From contig OZ244999.1 of NCBI GenBank assembly GCA_965223265.1, positions 1,728,001 to 1,792,000 on the forward strand: a stretch of DNA of 64,000 nt, in the 5' to 3' direction. Of this stretch, positions 36,884 through 46,982 are shown one piece after another (positions within the stretch are counted from its first letter, which is position 1; each line of letters begins with the position of its first letter). The translations under genes were made by a program, and so were the position numbers. Source of the stretch: Planctomycetota bacterium. GTDB lineage: Bacteria; Planctomycetota; UBA8108; SXIK01. The notes under the pieces were generated by a model, which saw nothing but the letters and a program-made list of their open reading frames with translations, made no database searches and was not told where the DNA came from.

Positions 36884-38664
36884 AGTCGCTCAGCATCACG
36901 AATCGTTTGACGCTGACGTTCGCCTTTCTCACGGCCGCGATTCTGGCGCCGGCCGCTTTGGCGCTCTATCTCAGCGTCGCCAGTGCCTACACTGCTGCGA
37001 GTGTCGAGAAAGCAAAGGGTCGCGCGCGATCGATTGCGAGCTCGCTTTTGACGCAACTCGACGAGGATTTCTTCGTCGAGTTCGAAGGCGCGCCGTTCGA
37101 TTTTTCGGGACTGCGGACCAGAGACGAAGACTGGGCGCTGGTGCGCGGCGAGACTGCGGAATATGCGGTCGGAGTTTTCGACGGCGATTCGGCGGTGTGG
37201 GGCCGGACACCCGACGACGTTTTCGTTCGTAATAGTCTGTCGCTCCGAGTCGCTGGTGTGCCACTCGTTGCGGACGTCTCGCCGTCGCTCGAGGACTTGC
37301 CGCCGGCGATTCGGCAGGTGGCCGCATCGCGCTATCCGGACGCGCCTTATCTGGGCACGACCCAAGAGATGAACAAGGCCGGCGCGGTTTCTTTCGAGGT
37401 TCGGAAGCTGCTTGCTGGCCGGATCGCCGAGATCAAAGTGTGGGCGACGGGAGAGTTCAAGAAGGAAGGATCGGAGAATCTGCCGACCCAGTTCGACCGA
37501 CGCTACTTCGACTACTTGCCACCTGAGTCACGTCCCGCGGGACCGATTACCTTGACTTGGCGTGCCTACTCCGGGCAGCCGATTGCCGTGATCGAGGGCA
37601 CCACCGAAGCAGGTGAGAGAAAACGGTTCGCCATGAGCCGACTCGGGGAACGGTTCATCGTCGACGAGTCTGGCGCGGTGCGTGGAAGGGACGAAGAATC
37701 TCGCCTCATGGTTTTTGCTGCGCTGGACGTGAAAGCGGAGCTCGCACGCAAGAACATGCTTTTGGGCGGGCTGGTCGTCGGCGTCGTCTGCATTTGGCTC
37801 GGACTCGTCTTCACAGGTCGATTTGTGGTCCGGCGCGCGATGGCACCGGTCGACGACATCGTGGAAGCGGCACGAAAGATCCGACTTTCAGATCTCCGTG
37901 ATCGTGTTCCGGTCGGCGAGGCCGACGACGAGCTGGCACGCATCGCGACCACGATCAACCGCATGCTCGACCGTCTAGAAGTCAGCTACCGTCGTGAACG
38001 GCAGTTCACCGGTGACGCGTCGCATGAACTTCGCGGACCGCTGACCAAAATCCAGGCGGATGTGGAACTGGCACTGGGGCGTGAGCGAACCGATGAGGAG
38101 TATCGTCAAGCGCTTGGCCGCATTCGTGGATACAGCCGAGGAATGAAACGGCTCGTCGAGTCACTCCTGCTACTTGCTCGCCTTGACGGAAACCAGGAGC
38201 TACTCGAGAAGACTCGATTCGATCTGACGGAAGTCCTTGTTGAGACCGTCGGAACGTTGGCGGAAGGCGATGGTCGGCGGATCCATATCCAACTCGACAA
38301 TACGAACGGTCCGGTCGAGGCCTTAGGGGAGAGAAGTTTGATCTCGACTGCGATCCACAACCTCATCGAGAATGCTCTCCGCTACAGCCCTCAGACCGCA
38401 CAGGTCGACGTCAGAGTCCATCCGAACGGCGGCAACGTCATCGTCGAGGTTGAAGATCAAGGCGCCGGGATTGAACCGGGGCAGCGCGAACACGTCTTCG
38501 GTCGGTTTGTTCGCGTTGATTCCGCACGCACACGAGAGACCGGCGGTTGCGGCCTTGGGCTGTCGATCGTGCGCGCGGTGGCGGAGGCCCACGGCACGCG
38601 CGTCGATCTGCGCCCGTCCGAAACTGGCGGGACAATTGCCGCCTTTGAGGTTCGTTCGTCGTAG
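36880..38664 (+). CDS. Sensor histidine kinase (2 TM, HAMP, HisKA, HATPase)
   Basis: ATGA overlap with the regulator. DASHELRGPL, NLIENALRY, DQGAGI, GCGLGLSI. Confidence 0.95.
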   Translation: MKSLSITNRLTLTFAFLTAAILAPAALALYLSVASAYTAASVEKAKGRARSIASSLLTQLDEDFFVEFEGAPFDFSGLRTRDEDWALVRGETAEYAVGVFDGDSAVWGRTPDDVFVRNSLSLRVAGVPLVADVSPSLEDLPPAIRQVAASRYPDAPYLGTTQEMNKAGAVSFEVRKLLAGRIAEIKVWATGEFKKEGSENLPTQFDRRYFDYLPPESRPAGPITLTWRAYSGQPIAVIEGTTEAGERKRFAMSRLGERFIVDESGAVRGRDEESRLMVFAALDVKAELARKNMLLGGLVVGVVCIWLGLVFTGRFVVRRAMAPVDDIVEAARKIRLSDLRDRVPVGEADDELARIATTINRMLDRLEVSYRRERQFTGDASHELRGPLTKIQADVELALGRERTDEEYRQALGRIRGYSRGMKRLVESLLLLARLDGNQELLEKTRFDLTEVLVETVGTLAEGDGRRIHIQLDNTNGPVEALGERSLISTAIHNLIENALRYSPQTAQVDVRVHPNGGNVIVEVEDQGAGIEPGQREHVFGRFVRVDSARTRETGGCGLGLSIVRAVAEAHGTRVDLRPSETGGTIAAFEVRSS

Positions 38665-38778
38665 TCTCGCGTTTTCCAACGCGCTCACCACGCGCGGGGC
38701 GCACACGCGTCAGCTCGATTGCAGAGCATGGTCGGCCTCTTCCAGAGGAACGTGGTTTGTTCGCGCATCATTTGAAGC

Positions 38779-38823
38779 CGCTCATCCGCCTCTAATCTCT
38801 CTCCAAAGTCGCGGTGGGATACT
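38779..38823 (+). promoter_or_regulatory. Degenerate 11-bp repeats (CTCAT/CTAAT) plus a possible -10 element upstream of the lipoprotein gene
   Basis: CGCTCATCCGC-CTCTAATCTCT-CTCCAAAG...GATACT. CTCTAAT is the reverse complement of the core of the 36113 repeat. Confidence 0.35.
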
Positions 38824-38905
38824 TCACGTGGTCGCCGGTCGCGCTCCGCGTTGACGGAAGCAACTTCATCGACCGGACAACGCACGTGCTAGGAAGGAGG
38901 ATGGA

Positions 38906-39952
38906 ATGCGGATTCTCAGCTGTCTATTGGTCGTGGGACTCCTGTGCCCTTTCGTCGGATGTGACGGCAAATCGGCATCGGCGACGGCCCCGCCTGGAGC
39001 AGACCTTGCCGCATCGGAGAACGCCGACGCGTCCGCCGACGTCGGTGGGGGAGGCGCGCCGCAAGCGCGAGGTTTTTGCTCAGAGACGTCGCTGCTCGCC
39101 GTCGAAGCGTGCGACTTCGAGGCGAAAGCCGGTTACGCCCTGGCCAGAGGGCGTTGCCTCGGGCTGACGGATGAAGATGAGGCGAGCGAGTGCTTCGACA
39201 TTGCCCGGGAAGAGTACGATGACGCGCGGCAGGTGTGTAAGGAACAGCGTCACTTTCGCCGTGAGATCTGCGACGAAGTTGGTGAGGAGGTCTACGCTCC
39301 GGACATCGACCCAGAACGATTCGTTGAAGTCATCGACAATCACTTCCTTCCTTTGCTTCCCGGCACCACGTGGATCTATGAGTCGGAGTCCGAGGAAGGG
39401 CTCGAGACCATCGAGGTGACCGTCACCTCCGAGAAGAAGGAAATCCTTGGAGTCGCATGCACCGTCGTACGTGACACCGTCAAACTCGAGGGCGTCCTCG
39501 TCGAGGATACCTTCGACTACTTCGCACAGGACGTTGACGGCAACGTGTGGTACTTCGGCGAAATCTCCTTCAACTACGAGGACGGTGAAGTCGTCGATCT
39601 CGCTGGCTCCTGGCAAGCTGGCGTCGACAGTGCCCAACCGGGAATCCTCATGTTTGCCGAACCGGAGCTCGACGTTCTCTATCGACAGGAATACCTGCTT
39701 GGCGAAGCAGAAGACATGGCGCGTGTGGTGGCATTCGACGAGGTGGTCTCGGTACCGTATGGCGACTTTAGTGGATGTCTGCAGTCGGCGGAGATCGTGC
39801 CTCTTGAACCGGACGTGCTTGAGTACAAATTCTACGCCCCGGGAATCGGTTTCGTACTCGCGCTCGATGCCGAGACGGGGGAGGGCGAGAGGCTCATCTC
39901 CCTGACACTCCCGGAAGAGCCAAGAGACGAAGACGGAGCTGAAGGGGAGTGA
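38906..39952 (+). CDS. Acidic lipoprotein of unknown function with a Cys-rich helical N-domain
   Basis: AAGGAGG RBS, lipobox FVGC, six spaced Cys, and the conserved block YFAQDVDGNVWYFGE...GSWQAG. Confidence 0.8.
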   Translation: MRILSCLLVVGLLCPFVGCDGKSASATAPPGADLAASENADASADVGGGGAPQARGFCSETSLLAVEACDFEAKAGYALARGRCLGLTDEDEASECFDIAREEYDDARQVCKEQRHFRREICDEVGEEVYAPDIDPERFVEVIDNHFLPLLPGTTWIYESESEEGLETIEVTVTSEKKEILGVACTVVRDTVKLEGVLVEDTFDYFAQDVDGNVWYFGEISFNYEDGEVVDLAGSWQAGVDSAQPGILMFAEPELDVLYRQEYLLGEAEDMARVVAFDEVVSVPYGDFSGCLQSAEIVPLEPDVLEYKFYAPGIGFVLALDAETGEGERLISLTLPEEPRDEDGAEGE

Positions 39953-39970
39953 GAAGAAGCCGGTGAGGGT

Positions 39971-40002
39971 GCGGGAGTGAGTGCACAATGCTTCACTCCC
40001 GC
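39971..40002 (+). terminator. GC-rich hairpin after the lipoprotein gene
   Basis: 10-bp perfect stem GCGGGAGTGA / TCACTCCCGC, 18 bp after the stop codon. No U-tract. Confidence 0.45.
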
Positions 40003-40134
40003 GGCTCGTCGTGCCATCGGATGCCCGTTTCAATTGCGATTGTCTTTAGCGGCGGCAGAAACGATTTGTGCACCGGTCCCCACGCGGTTCGGGTAGACTC
40101 TTTCCTCGCAGGCCACCATTGGAGAGGAAGAGTC

Positions 40135-41370
40135 ATGAATAGACGTGGGTTTCTCGGTTCGTTGGCAGCGGCTGGTGCCGCGAGCCTTGGAGTCGTCAAC
40201 AAAGCAGAGGCGGAGACGCGGTCAACCGCCAACGCAGCGCTGTCCGACATGAAGGTCACGCGGATCCGCTTTTATCACGCCCCGGGGCGAGACATCTTCA
40301 ACCAGAGCGCCCACGTCTCCGTCGTTGAGACGGACGCCGGCATCACCGGCATCGGAGAAGGCGGGTCGCGAGACACGATCCGTCAGTGTGCCGGTCTCCT
40401 GATTGGTGAAAGTCCGCACCGCATCGAGCATCTTTGGCAGCTGATGTACCGCGGCCACTTCTATCCGCCCGGCCGAGAGAAAATTCACGCTCAAGGTGCG
40501 CTTGATTTGGCGCTTTGGGATATCAAAGGAAAAGCGCTTGGACTCCCAGTCTACAAGGTCCTCGGTGGCCCCGTGCGCGACCACGTCGAATGCTACTCGA
40601 CTGGCTTTCCCGGTTATGAGACGCTCCGCGATGCGGCGCGCGCTTGCATGGACGCAGGCTTTCGTGCTTTTCGCACCAGCACCGTTGGCTCGGGAAAGCC
40701 GTTCAATCCCCGGCGCAGCGTGCGTGACACGTACAAGAACTGCGTCGAGATCCGCAAAGGCGTCGGTACGGACGGCGACTGGGCGATCGACTATCACACA
40801 CGACTCGATATGCCAGACGCTATCCGCCTTTCAACACTGATCGAAGAGCTGGAGCCTTTCTTCGCAGAGGACCTCGTCCGCTCTGAGAATCCCGGCGTCT
40901 ACCGGCAGCTGCGGCCGCAGGTCAAGGTCCCGATCGCTGTCGGCGAACAGTTTGGTGATCGCTGGGAGATCAACGAGCTGATCGAGGAGAGACTCATCGA
41001 CTACTCCAGAGTGTCGCTACCGAATGCTGGTGGCATCACGGAGTACATGAAGATCGCGGCGCTGTGCGAGACGCACTACGTTGGTCTCGTGCCTCACTTC
41101 ACGGGGCCGATCTCGATGGCCGCTCTCGTTCACGCGTGTAGCGCGTTTCCGGGTCCCGCCATGATCGAGATGGCTGGCAACGGTTTGAAGGAGTTCCCCT
41201 ACCTGCCCGAGTGTTACGACTTTCGCGACGGAAAACTATGGCCGAACGAGCGTCCTGGGCTCGGTGTCGAAGTCGACACGAGCAAGCTAACACTGGTGGC
41301 CGAGTTCAATGAGCCGATACCAGGAACGCCTTTGAATCGACGTCCGGATGGCTCGATCACGAACTGGTAA
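40135..41370 (+). CDS. Mandelate racemase/muconate-lactonizing (enolase superfamily) enzyme with Tat signal, sugar-acid dehydratase-like
   Basis: MNRRGFLG, ETDAGITGIGE, DLALWDIKGK, metal ligands IDYHTR / AED / GEQ, PHFTGP, PGLGVEVD. Confidence 0.88.
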   Translation: MNRRGFLGSLAAAGAASLGVVNKAEAETRSTANAALSDMKVTRIRFYHAPGRDIFNQSAHVSVVETDAGITGIGEGGSRDTIRQCAGLLIGESPHRIEHLWQLMYRGHFYPPGREKIHAQGALDLALWDIKGKALGLPVYKVLGGPVRDHVECYSTGFPGYETLRDAARACMDAGFRAFRTSTVGSGKPFNPRRSVRDTYKNCVEIRKGVGTDGDWAIDYHTRLDMPDAIRLSTLIEELEPFFAEDLVRSENPGVYRQLRPQVKVPIAVGEQFGDRWEINELIEERLIDYSRVSLPNAGGITEYMKIAALCETHYVGLVPHFTGPISMAALVHACSAFPGPAMIEMAGNGLKEFPYLPECYDFRDGKLWPNERPGLGVEVDTSKLTLVAEFNEPIPGTPLNRRPDGSITNW

Positions 41371-41392
41371 AAGCCGTCGCCAACCGGCTGGT

Positions 41393-42718
41393 TTATACCT
41401 CCGTCAACCGTTCGCTTGAGTCGCCGAAGGCGTCGAGATGGATGCCAAACTTGTCGAGCATCGACAGGTACAAACTACACATCTTGCGGTTCGGTTTGTC
41501 GAGGTAGTTGAGGACCCGCCCGCCCTCGAGTTTTCCGCCTCCGCCGCCGAGTACGACCACGGGAAGTTTGGTCGCATCGTGGCGACCGGTCAGCATGCTC
41601 GAGCAGAACATCAATATCGTGTTGTCGAGCGCCGTACGCCCGCCTTCCTCGATGGCGTCCAGCTGGTGGGCGATGTGGCCGACCTGCTCAGCGAAAAACT
41701 GATTCACCTTGAGCCAATCGTCGTTGTTCTGATGGGATAGCTCATGGTGGCCGACGTCGACTCCGAGGTGAGGAAAGCGCAGGTAGCTGTGGTCGTTGTT
41801 CAGCTTGAGCGTAGAGATGCGCGATGTGTCGGTCTGAAATGCGAGGATCAAAATGTCGCACATCAGCCGCATGTGCTCGGAGAGATCTTGTGGGACGCCG
41901 TCAGGTGGACGCGGCGTGTTCGGTTTTTCGAGCGCTGGCCGCCAGCCCTGCAGTTCCCCCTTGGTGCCTGCACTCTCGATGCGCTTTTCAACTTCGCGCA
42001 CCGAATTGAGGTACTCGTCGAGCTTGCGCTGATCTCTTGCGCTGATTCTCCGGCGCAAGCGTCTGGCTTCCGCCAGTGCTGCGTCCAGCACGCTCTGGTC
42101 GCCGCGCCGCGCGTCGTCCTTGAACAGGCGATCGAACGCCAATGCCGGGTAGAGTTCCAGGGGCGTTGGAGTCGTCGGCGAGCTCCAGGAGATGTGCGAG
42201 CTATAGAGCATCGAGTAGTTTTTGTGGATCCCAGGATTCGACCGCTCGCAGCCAAGAACAAGGCTTGGGACCTTCGTCGATTGCCCGTAGCGCTGTGCGA
42301 CGAGTTGGTCGAAGCTTGTGCCTGAGCGAATGTCACCGCCGGCGGCAAGAGGCGCGCCGGAGAGCAGATTGCCAGTCTGCGAGCTGTGGATGTTCCCCTT
42401 CAGCGCTTCAGCATTGTAGAGTCCGCTGATGAAAAGAAGTCGCTCTCGGAAGTCGCTCAGCGGTGCGAGCACCTTCCCGAGCTCCATCTCCCGCCCTTCC
42501 CCACGCGCCCACCACTCGGTGCTGTGAAATCCGTTGCCGGAGAAGAGCACCGCCAAGCGCAGGGGTGCCTGACCCTCGGAGTTTGACGCCGCTGGCTTGG
42601 ACGTCTCGTCTCCCCAGACCGTAAGCGATTCCATCCAAGGCAGAGCCATCGAGACGCCAACGCCGCGCAGGAAGGTGCGGCGCGAGAACTGAAGTGCTCT
42701 GTGTGACCTTCGTTTCAT
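41393..42718 (-). CDS. DUF1552 domain protein
   Basis: SRRTFLRGVGVSMALPWMESL, HISWSSPTTP, FDRLF, DQRKLDEYLNSVREVE, LAFQTD, HHELSH. Confidence 0.9.
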   Translation of the reverse strand: MKRRSHRALQFSRRTFLRGVGVSMALPWMESLTVWGDETSKPAASNSEGQAPLRLAVLFSGNGFHSTEWWARGEGREMELGKVLAPLSDFRERLLFISGLYNAEALKGNIHSSQTGNLLSGAPLAAGGDIRSGTSFDQLVAQRYGQSTKVPSLVLGCERSNPGIHKNYSMLYSSHISWSSPTTPTPLELYPALAFDRLFKDDARRGDQSVLDAALAEARRLRRRISARDQRKLDEYLNSVREVEKRIESAGTKGELQGWRPALEKPNTPRPPDGVPQDLSEHMRLMCDILILAFQTDTSRISTLKLNNDHSYLRFPHLGVDVGHHELSHQNNDDWLKVNQFFAEQVGHIAHQLDAIEEGGRTALDNTILMFCSSMLTGRHDATKLPVVVLGGGGGKLEGGRVLNYLDKPNRKMCSLYLSMLDKFGIHLDAFGDSSERLTEV

Positions 42719-42801
42719 GATGATCTTCTCCTGCCCTCCCTCATCGGATTCGAACAAGTCGCCCCTGAGTGAGAGGATACCAAAACCGAAAGAGCCAATG
42801 C

Positions 42802-45800
42802 CTAGAATTTCGCGTCGCGTCGACCAGCTGGTCGAATCGTACGGAATTGATCGCTCAGCACGATCGCTTCAACTGCGGCGGAGAGACGATAACCGCGATG
42901 GACCAGGCGTTCTTCCATAGTTTCCAGGAGCGGCCGGTCAGAGAGTTGGATCTCTCGACCGATCGCGTAGCCGAGAAGTTTACGACAGAATTGGCGCACG
43001 AAAGCTGGGCGCCGCTGTGTCAGAAGATAATCCCTCAAGCCGTCCAAGCCGCGGACGGACGTGCCGTCTGGAAGTGTTGCTTGGGTGTCAATCGGACGGC
43101 CACCGAGATCCATATCTCGGCGTCTGCCGATGGCATCGAAGGTCTCGAGGGCGAAACCGAAGGGATCGATTCGTTGGTGGCACGACGCACAATTCGGGTC
43201 GCTTGTGTGTTTGGCGACGAGCTCCCGTACGGTGAGACCTTCGGTCGTGAGCTCATCGGCCGGGAGCTCCGGCACGTCCTGCGGCGGGCGTGGGAGTTTT
43301 TCGCCGAGAAGGACCTCACTCACCCAGTTACCGCGCAGGATGGGACTCGTTCGCGACGCGCCCGATTGCTTCGCCAAGATTGCTGCCAGACCGAGAATGC
43401 CACCGCGGCCGTAGCGACGCATTCCCTCGACGCGGCGCCACGCACCGTCGTTGTTGCCGTTGGCACGCCGTTCGGAGACGTCGTCGTCAGCGTCGGCGTC
43501 GATACTGGTATCGACGCGCGCACGAGAGGCAGCGGGATCGAGAGCGTAAAACTCTGCCAGTGCGCTGTTGACGAACGTGTAGTCGGCGTTGAGAAGAGTC
43601 AGCAGCGATGCGTCGCGCTGCAGCAGATCGGTGAAAAACCGGATCGCCTCCTCATATATGCCAGCGCGTAAGGCGGCGAACTCAGGGAAGTGCTTGTCGC
43701 TCTTCTGATCCAGTTGATCGAACTCATAGATGTGTAGCCACTGACAAACGAACTCAGTCGCCAGGCGCCGCACGCGCGCATCGGTGAGCATGCGGCGCGC
43801 CTGCGCTATGAGAACCGTGTCCGTGTGCAGGGAGCCTCGAGCCGCAGCGTCGCGAAGCTCGTCGTCTGGAGGGCCCGACCAAAGAAAGTAGCTCAGTCGG
43901 TTCGCTAACTCCCAGGTGGTCACCGGTGTGGGAGATTTTTCCCCCGAGGTTGCCGCTTCCAGCTTGTAGAGAAACGGTGCAGAGACAAACACGCGAGAGA
44001 GTCCCAGCCGGATCGCCTCGTCGTGCGTCATTCCCTGGTGACGTAGTTGACCGTAGAGCGCCCGCAGCTCTTGCTCTTCGACGGGCGCCAGCGGGCGGCG
44101 GTAGGCCCATGCGGCGAAGTCGACGAGTGCGTGGACGTGATCCCGCTCGGAGTCGATCAGCTGCTCCTCGAATCGACGGGCGTCGTCGCGAAATGCTGTC
44201 CGGAGAGAGCGCACAGCATCAAATTGCGGACTTCCCTGCATGACTTCGAGGAGGATCTCCAGCGCATCGACGCGCTGGAAGGCACTCTGACTCACGTAGT
44301 GAAGCTCGTCCCAGAGGCGGTCGAGCGCCGCGCGTTGCGTGCTATCAAGCATCAGACGAACGAGGTGATCATCTTCGCGATAAAAGAGCGCTAGCGTCAG
44401 GACTTCGTCGACTGGAACGATCTGTGTGTAGCAGAGCGCTGCGGGGAACAGGCGACGGTGGGTCGCGAACGCCGACTCGAACCGACTGCGCGCCGCGCTC
44501 CTCTCGTCGACGAGGATCGGTCTTGAGTGAGTGACTTCACGGCGATCGGAAAACACGTGGGTGACGCGGGAGAACTTGACCACGACGGAGCTGGGTAACA
44601 GGCCGGGAGCCTGGTCTGGAACGCCTCGCACAAGCTCGACTTGCACGCTACCCTCGTTGCCTGTTGGGTGGTGGAGTACCGCAGCCGTGACAAGATCGCG
44701 GCCTGAAGCGATTGCCGCGGGCAAGCGAAACGTGATCACCGACGGTGCCTGGACACAGATGGACTCCGGATCGATCGTGTTGCCGTCAGGGTGTCGTCCA
44801 AAGAGCGCGGGATCGAGGCCGTACCCGTCTTCGTCGCTCTTCGTGTCGCTCCGTGGAGAGGGCGCGGCAATCGACGCGCGGGCACGGACTTCGCGCAGAA
44901 GGATGTCAGGCTGGTCGTTGGCTACGAGCCGTGGCCGCTTCCAGACGACGAAGTCCGACGCGTTGCCATCGCCTGCGTCAGTGACGACGAGCGAGACGAC
45001 GAGCGGCATAGGTGAGGCGGCATTGATCTCGCCGTCGTCGATGTTTCGTGTGTCGCGCCGCGCTGTTGCTTGCGCGCGATTCTCTGCCTCGTTCGCTTTT
45101 GCGGCGGGAGGGGCCGGAAAGCTGAGGCGTAGATCAATCCTTGTTGCGACTGGATCGATCGGCTCCATCCAACGTCTGGGACTTCCTTGTCGGCCGATCA
45201 AGCCGACCGGGCCGAACGTCCACAAGCCCTTCTGCCAAGCTGCGACCTCGCCGGCGATGGCAGCCGCATCCGAGGCATCGGCCTGCCGCCATTTCATGCG
45301 AAGCTCATCGAGCAGGAGCGACGCGTCAGTGCCGATCAGGTGAGACCAAAGCGTCTTGAGGTATCGAGCGTTCAATCGGTATTCACGTGCAACAGCTTTG
45401 AGTGTTTTCTTGCCGCTGGTGAGAGCCGTGCGTTCGGCGAGCGTCGCAGTGAAATATCGTTCGAGCGGCAGACGTCCAGCGCGCCCGAGTCGTGTGTCGC
45501 GGTGAACTTCGATGTTGCCCACAGCAGAGCCTACACCCAGATTCGACGACTCGGTGAAGCGTTCATAGAAGGCGCGAATCGCCGCCAGGATTTCGTCCGT
45601 CCAATCACGTCGCGTCGAGTTCGGAGAAAAACGAAATCCGTCGGGGAGGAGAACTGCGTGCTGGGCGATGTGTTCTCCTGCATCCAGATACTTTCGGAGC
45701 AGCGCCGGAGACATGACGAGCGCGTTTCCTGTGTTGGTGAACCCTTCGCCAGCGGCGCTGTCCGTCGGGAAGCCGCGTGTTGGATCTATATCGACACCGA

Positions 45801-46293
45801 TCAGATCCTTGACCGTATAGGCGTACTCGGCGTTGTTGAGCCGCCGAAGCACGACGGGGCCGGGATCGCCGGCGCTCGCCAGCGCCTCAGCGTCTATATA
45901 TTTCGTCACCCATGCGCGCAGTGTCGCGAGTTCCGCGGGTGTGGGCTGTGGAGCGTCCGGCGGCGGCATTTCGCCTCGTTTGAGCATATCGGCGACCTGC
46001 ACCCACGCCTTCGCTGCGCTGCGAACCTCGGCGAACGTGGTGAAGCTCTCGAGCTCGAGGTTGCCCTCGCGCTTCTCCTGGGAGTGACAACGGGTGCAGT
46101 ACTTGCTGACGAGTGGGAGAGCGTCAGTTGCATACGCTCGCGCCAACGCGTCGAAATCAGAGTCCGGCGGCTCCGCCGCTCTCAAGGCGGCCGCGATTCC
46201 CAGCACGACGAGCGCAGTACTCAGAGATAGCGTCAAGCGCGGCATAGCCCGCAGGGCAGAACTTCGAATGTTGTTTGTTGCCGTCGTGGTCAT
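42802..46293 (-). CDS. DUF1592/DUF1587/DUF1588 planctomycete cytochrome-c-containing protein
   Basis: CTRCH...MPP, RRLNNAEY, ELANRLSYFLWSGPPD, RTSPILRGNWV, CASCHQRIDPFGFALE, LLGYAIGR. Adjacent to the DUF1552 gene, the usual pairing. Confidence 0.9.
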   Translation of the reverse strand: MTTTATNNIRSSALRAMPRLTLSLSTALVVLGIAAALRAAEPPDSDFDALARAYATDALPLVSKYCTRCHSQEKREGNLELESFTTFAEVRSAAKAWVQVADMLKRGEMPPPDAPQPTPAELATLRAWVTKYIDAEALASAGDPGPVVLRRLNNAEYAYTVKDLIGVDIDPTRGFPTDSAAGEGFTNTGNALVMSPALLRKYLDAGEHIAQHAVLLPDGFRFSPNSTRRDWTDEILAAIRAFYERFTESSNLGVGSAVGNIEVHRDTRLGRAGRLPLERYFTATLAERTALTSGKKTLKAVAREYRLNARYLKTLWSHLIGTDASLLLDELRMKWRQADASDAAAIAGEVAAWQKGLWTFGPVGLIGRQGSPRRWMEPIDPVATRIDLRLSFPAPPAAKANEAENRAQATARRDTRNIDDGEINAASPMPLVVSLVVTDAGDGNASDFVVWKRPRLVANDQPDILLREVRARASIAAPSPRSDTKSDEDGYGLDPALFGRHPDGNTIDPESICVQAPSVITFRLPAAIASGRDLVTAAVLHHPTGNEGSVQVELVRGVPDQAPGLLPSSVVVKFSRVTHVFSDRREVTHSRPILVDERSAARSRFESAFATHRRLFPAALCYTQIVPVDEVLTLALFYREDDHLVRLMLDSTQRAALDRLWDELHYVSQSAFQRVDALEILLEVMQGSPQFDAVRSLRTAFRDDARRFEEQLIDSERDHVHALVDFAAWAYRRPLAPVEEQELRALYGQLRHQGMTHDEAIRLGLSRVFVSAPFLYKLEAATSGEKSPTPVTTWELANRLSYFLWSGPPDDELRDAAARGSLHTDTVLIAQARRMLTDARVRRLATEFVCQWLHIYEFDQLDQKSDKHFPEFAALRAGIYEEAIRFFTDLLQRDASLLTLLNADYTFVNSALAEFYALDPAASRARVDTSIDADADDDVSERRANGNNDGAWRRVEGMRRYGRGGILGLAAILAKQSGASRTSPILRGNWVSEVLLGEKLPRPPQDVPELPADELTTEGLTVRELVAKHTSDPNCASCHQRIDPFGFALETFDAIGRRRDMDLGGRPIDTQATLPDGTSVRGLDGLRDYLLTQRRPAFVRQFCRKLLGYAIGREIQLSDRPLLETMEERLVHRGYRLSAAVEAIVLSDQFRTIRPAGRRDAKF

Positions 46294-46661
46294 GACGGCG
46301 GTCCCTTCTTTTCGGTGGGAGTTTCGTTGTCGAAGAATTCGTTCGGGCGTTGAAAGATCCCGATGGCGAGACAGCCGTCTGGACTATGCGCCGTATGTAC
46401 GGAGTCCCGTGCGCGCCAGACAAAGTTGCCGGCTGTGCAGACGCCGTCGCCATCGACCAGACTGCCCTCGAGGACGAACGTCTGCTCGATTCCCGTGTGG
46501 CGGTGGAGCGGGAGCGTCGCCCCAGGGTCGAGCCGAAAAAGAGCGGTAAAGGCGCCGCTTGCTTCGTCACGCCAAAGCATCTTTGTGTGAACACCCGGGA
46601 AGTCGCTTGACTGCCACTCGAGGTTACTCACATCGACGTAGTGAGATGCGTTTTTCGCCAT
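46290..46661 (-). CDS. ChrR-like cupin domain protein
   Basis: PGATLPLHRHTGIEQTFVLEGSL...GNFVWR...HTAHSPDGC. Start placed at ATG 46661. Confidence 0.85.
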   Translation of the reverse strand: MAKNASHYVDVSNLEWQSSDFPGVHTKMLWRDEASGAFTALFRLDPGATLPLHRHTGIEQTFVLEGSLVDGDGVCTAGNFVWRARDSVHTAHSPDGCLAIGIFQRPNEFFDNETPTEKKGPPS

Positions 46662-46982
46662 AGCGGTCTGTAGAAGATATGACCAAGGAACCAAACTCGA
46701 GGATAAATCAAGTCTATGTCGCCGGCGGCTGGAACGAAAGAGCGCGAGTCGAGGGCTTGTCGAAAAGTCAGCAAGTTCGTCGGCGTTTCGGCGCCCGCGT
46801 CTCGAGGTCAATGACCCGTCTCTGCCCTGCATCCATACCCCTGCCGCTTCTCTGCCTGATCTTCGTTGGCTTCTGATGAAAGATCTCAAGAAGAGTTGAA
46901 CAAAAGGAAACCAAGTCAACGAAGGAAGGCCGTCCAAAGGAGCAAGCACACGCCGTGTGCCGTCCGGTCTGGCACACTCCCA

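Noticed and set aside
46751-46769. IS-end-like sequence GAGGGCTTGTCGAAAAGTC
   Set aside because: No partner inverted repeat or transposase remnant was found nearby.
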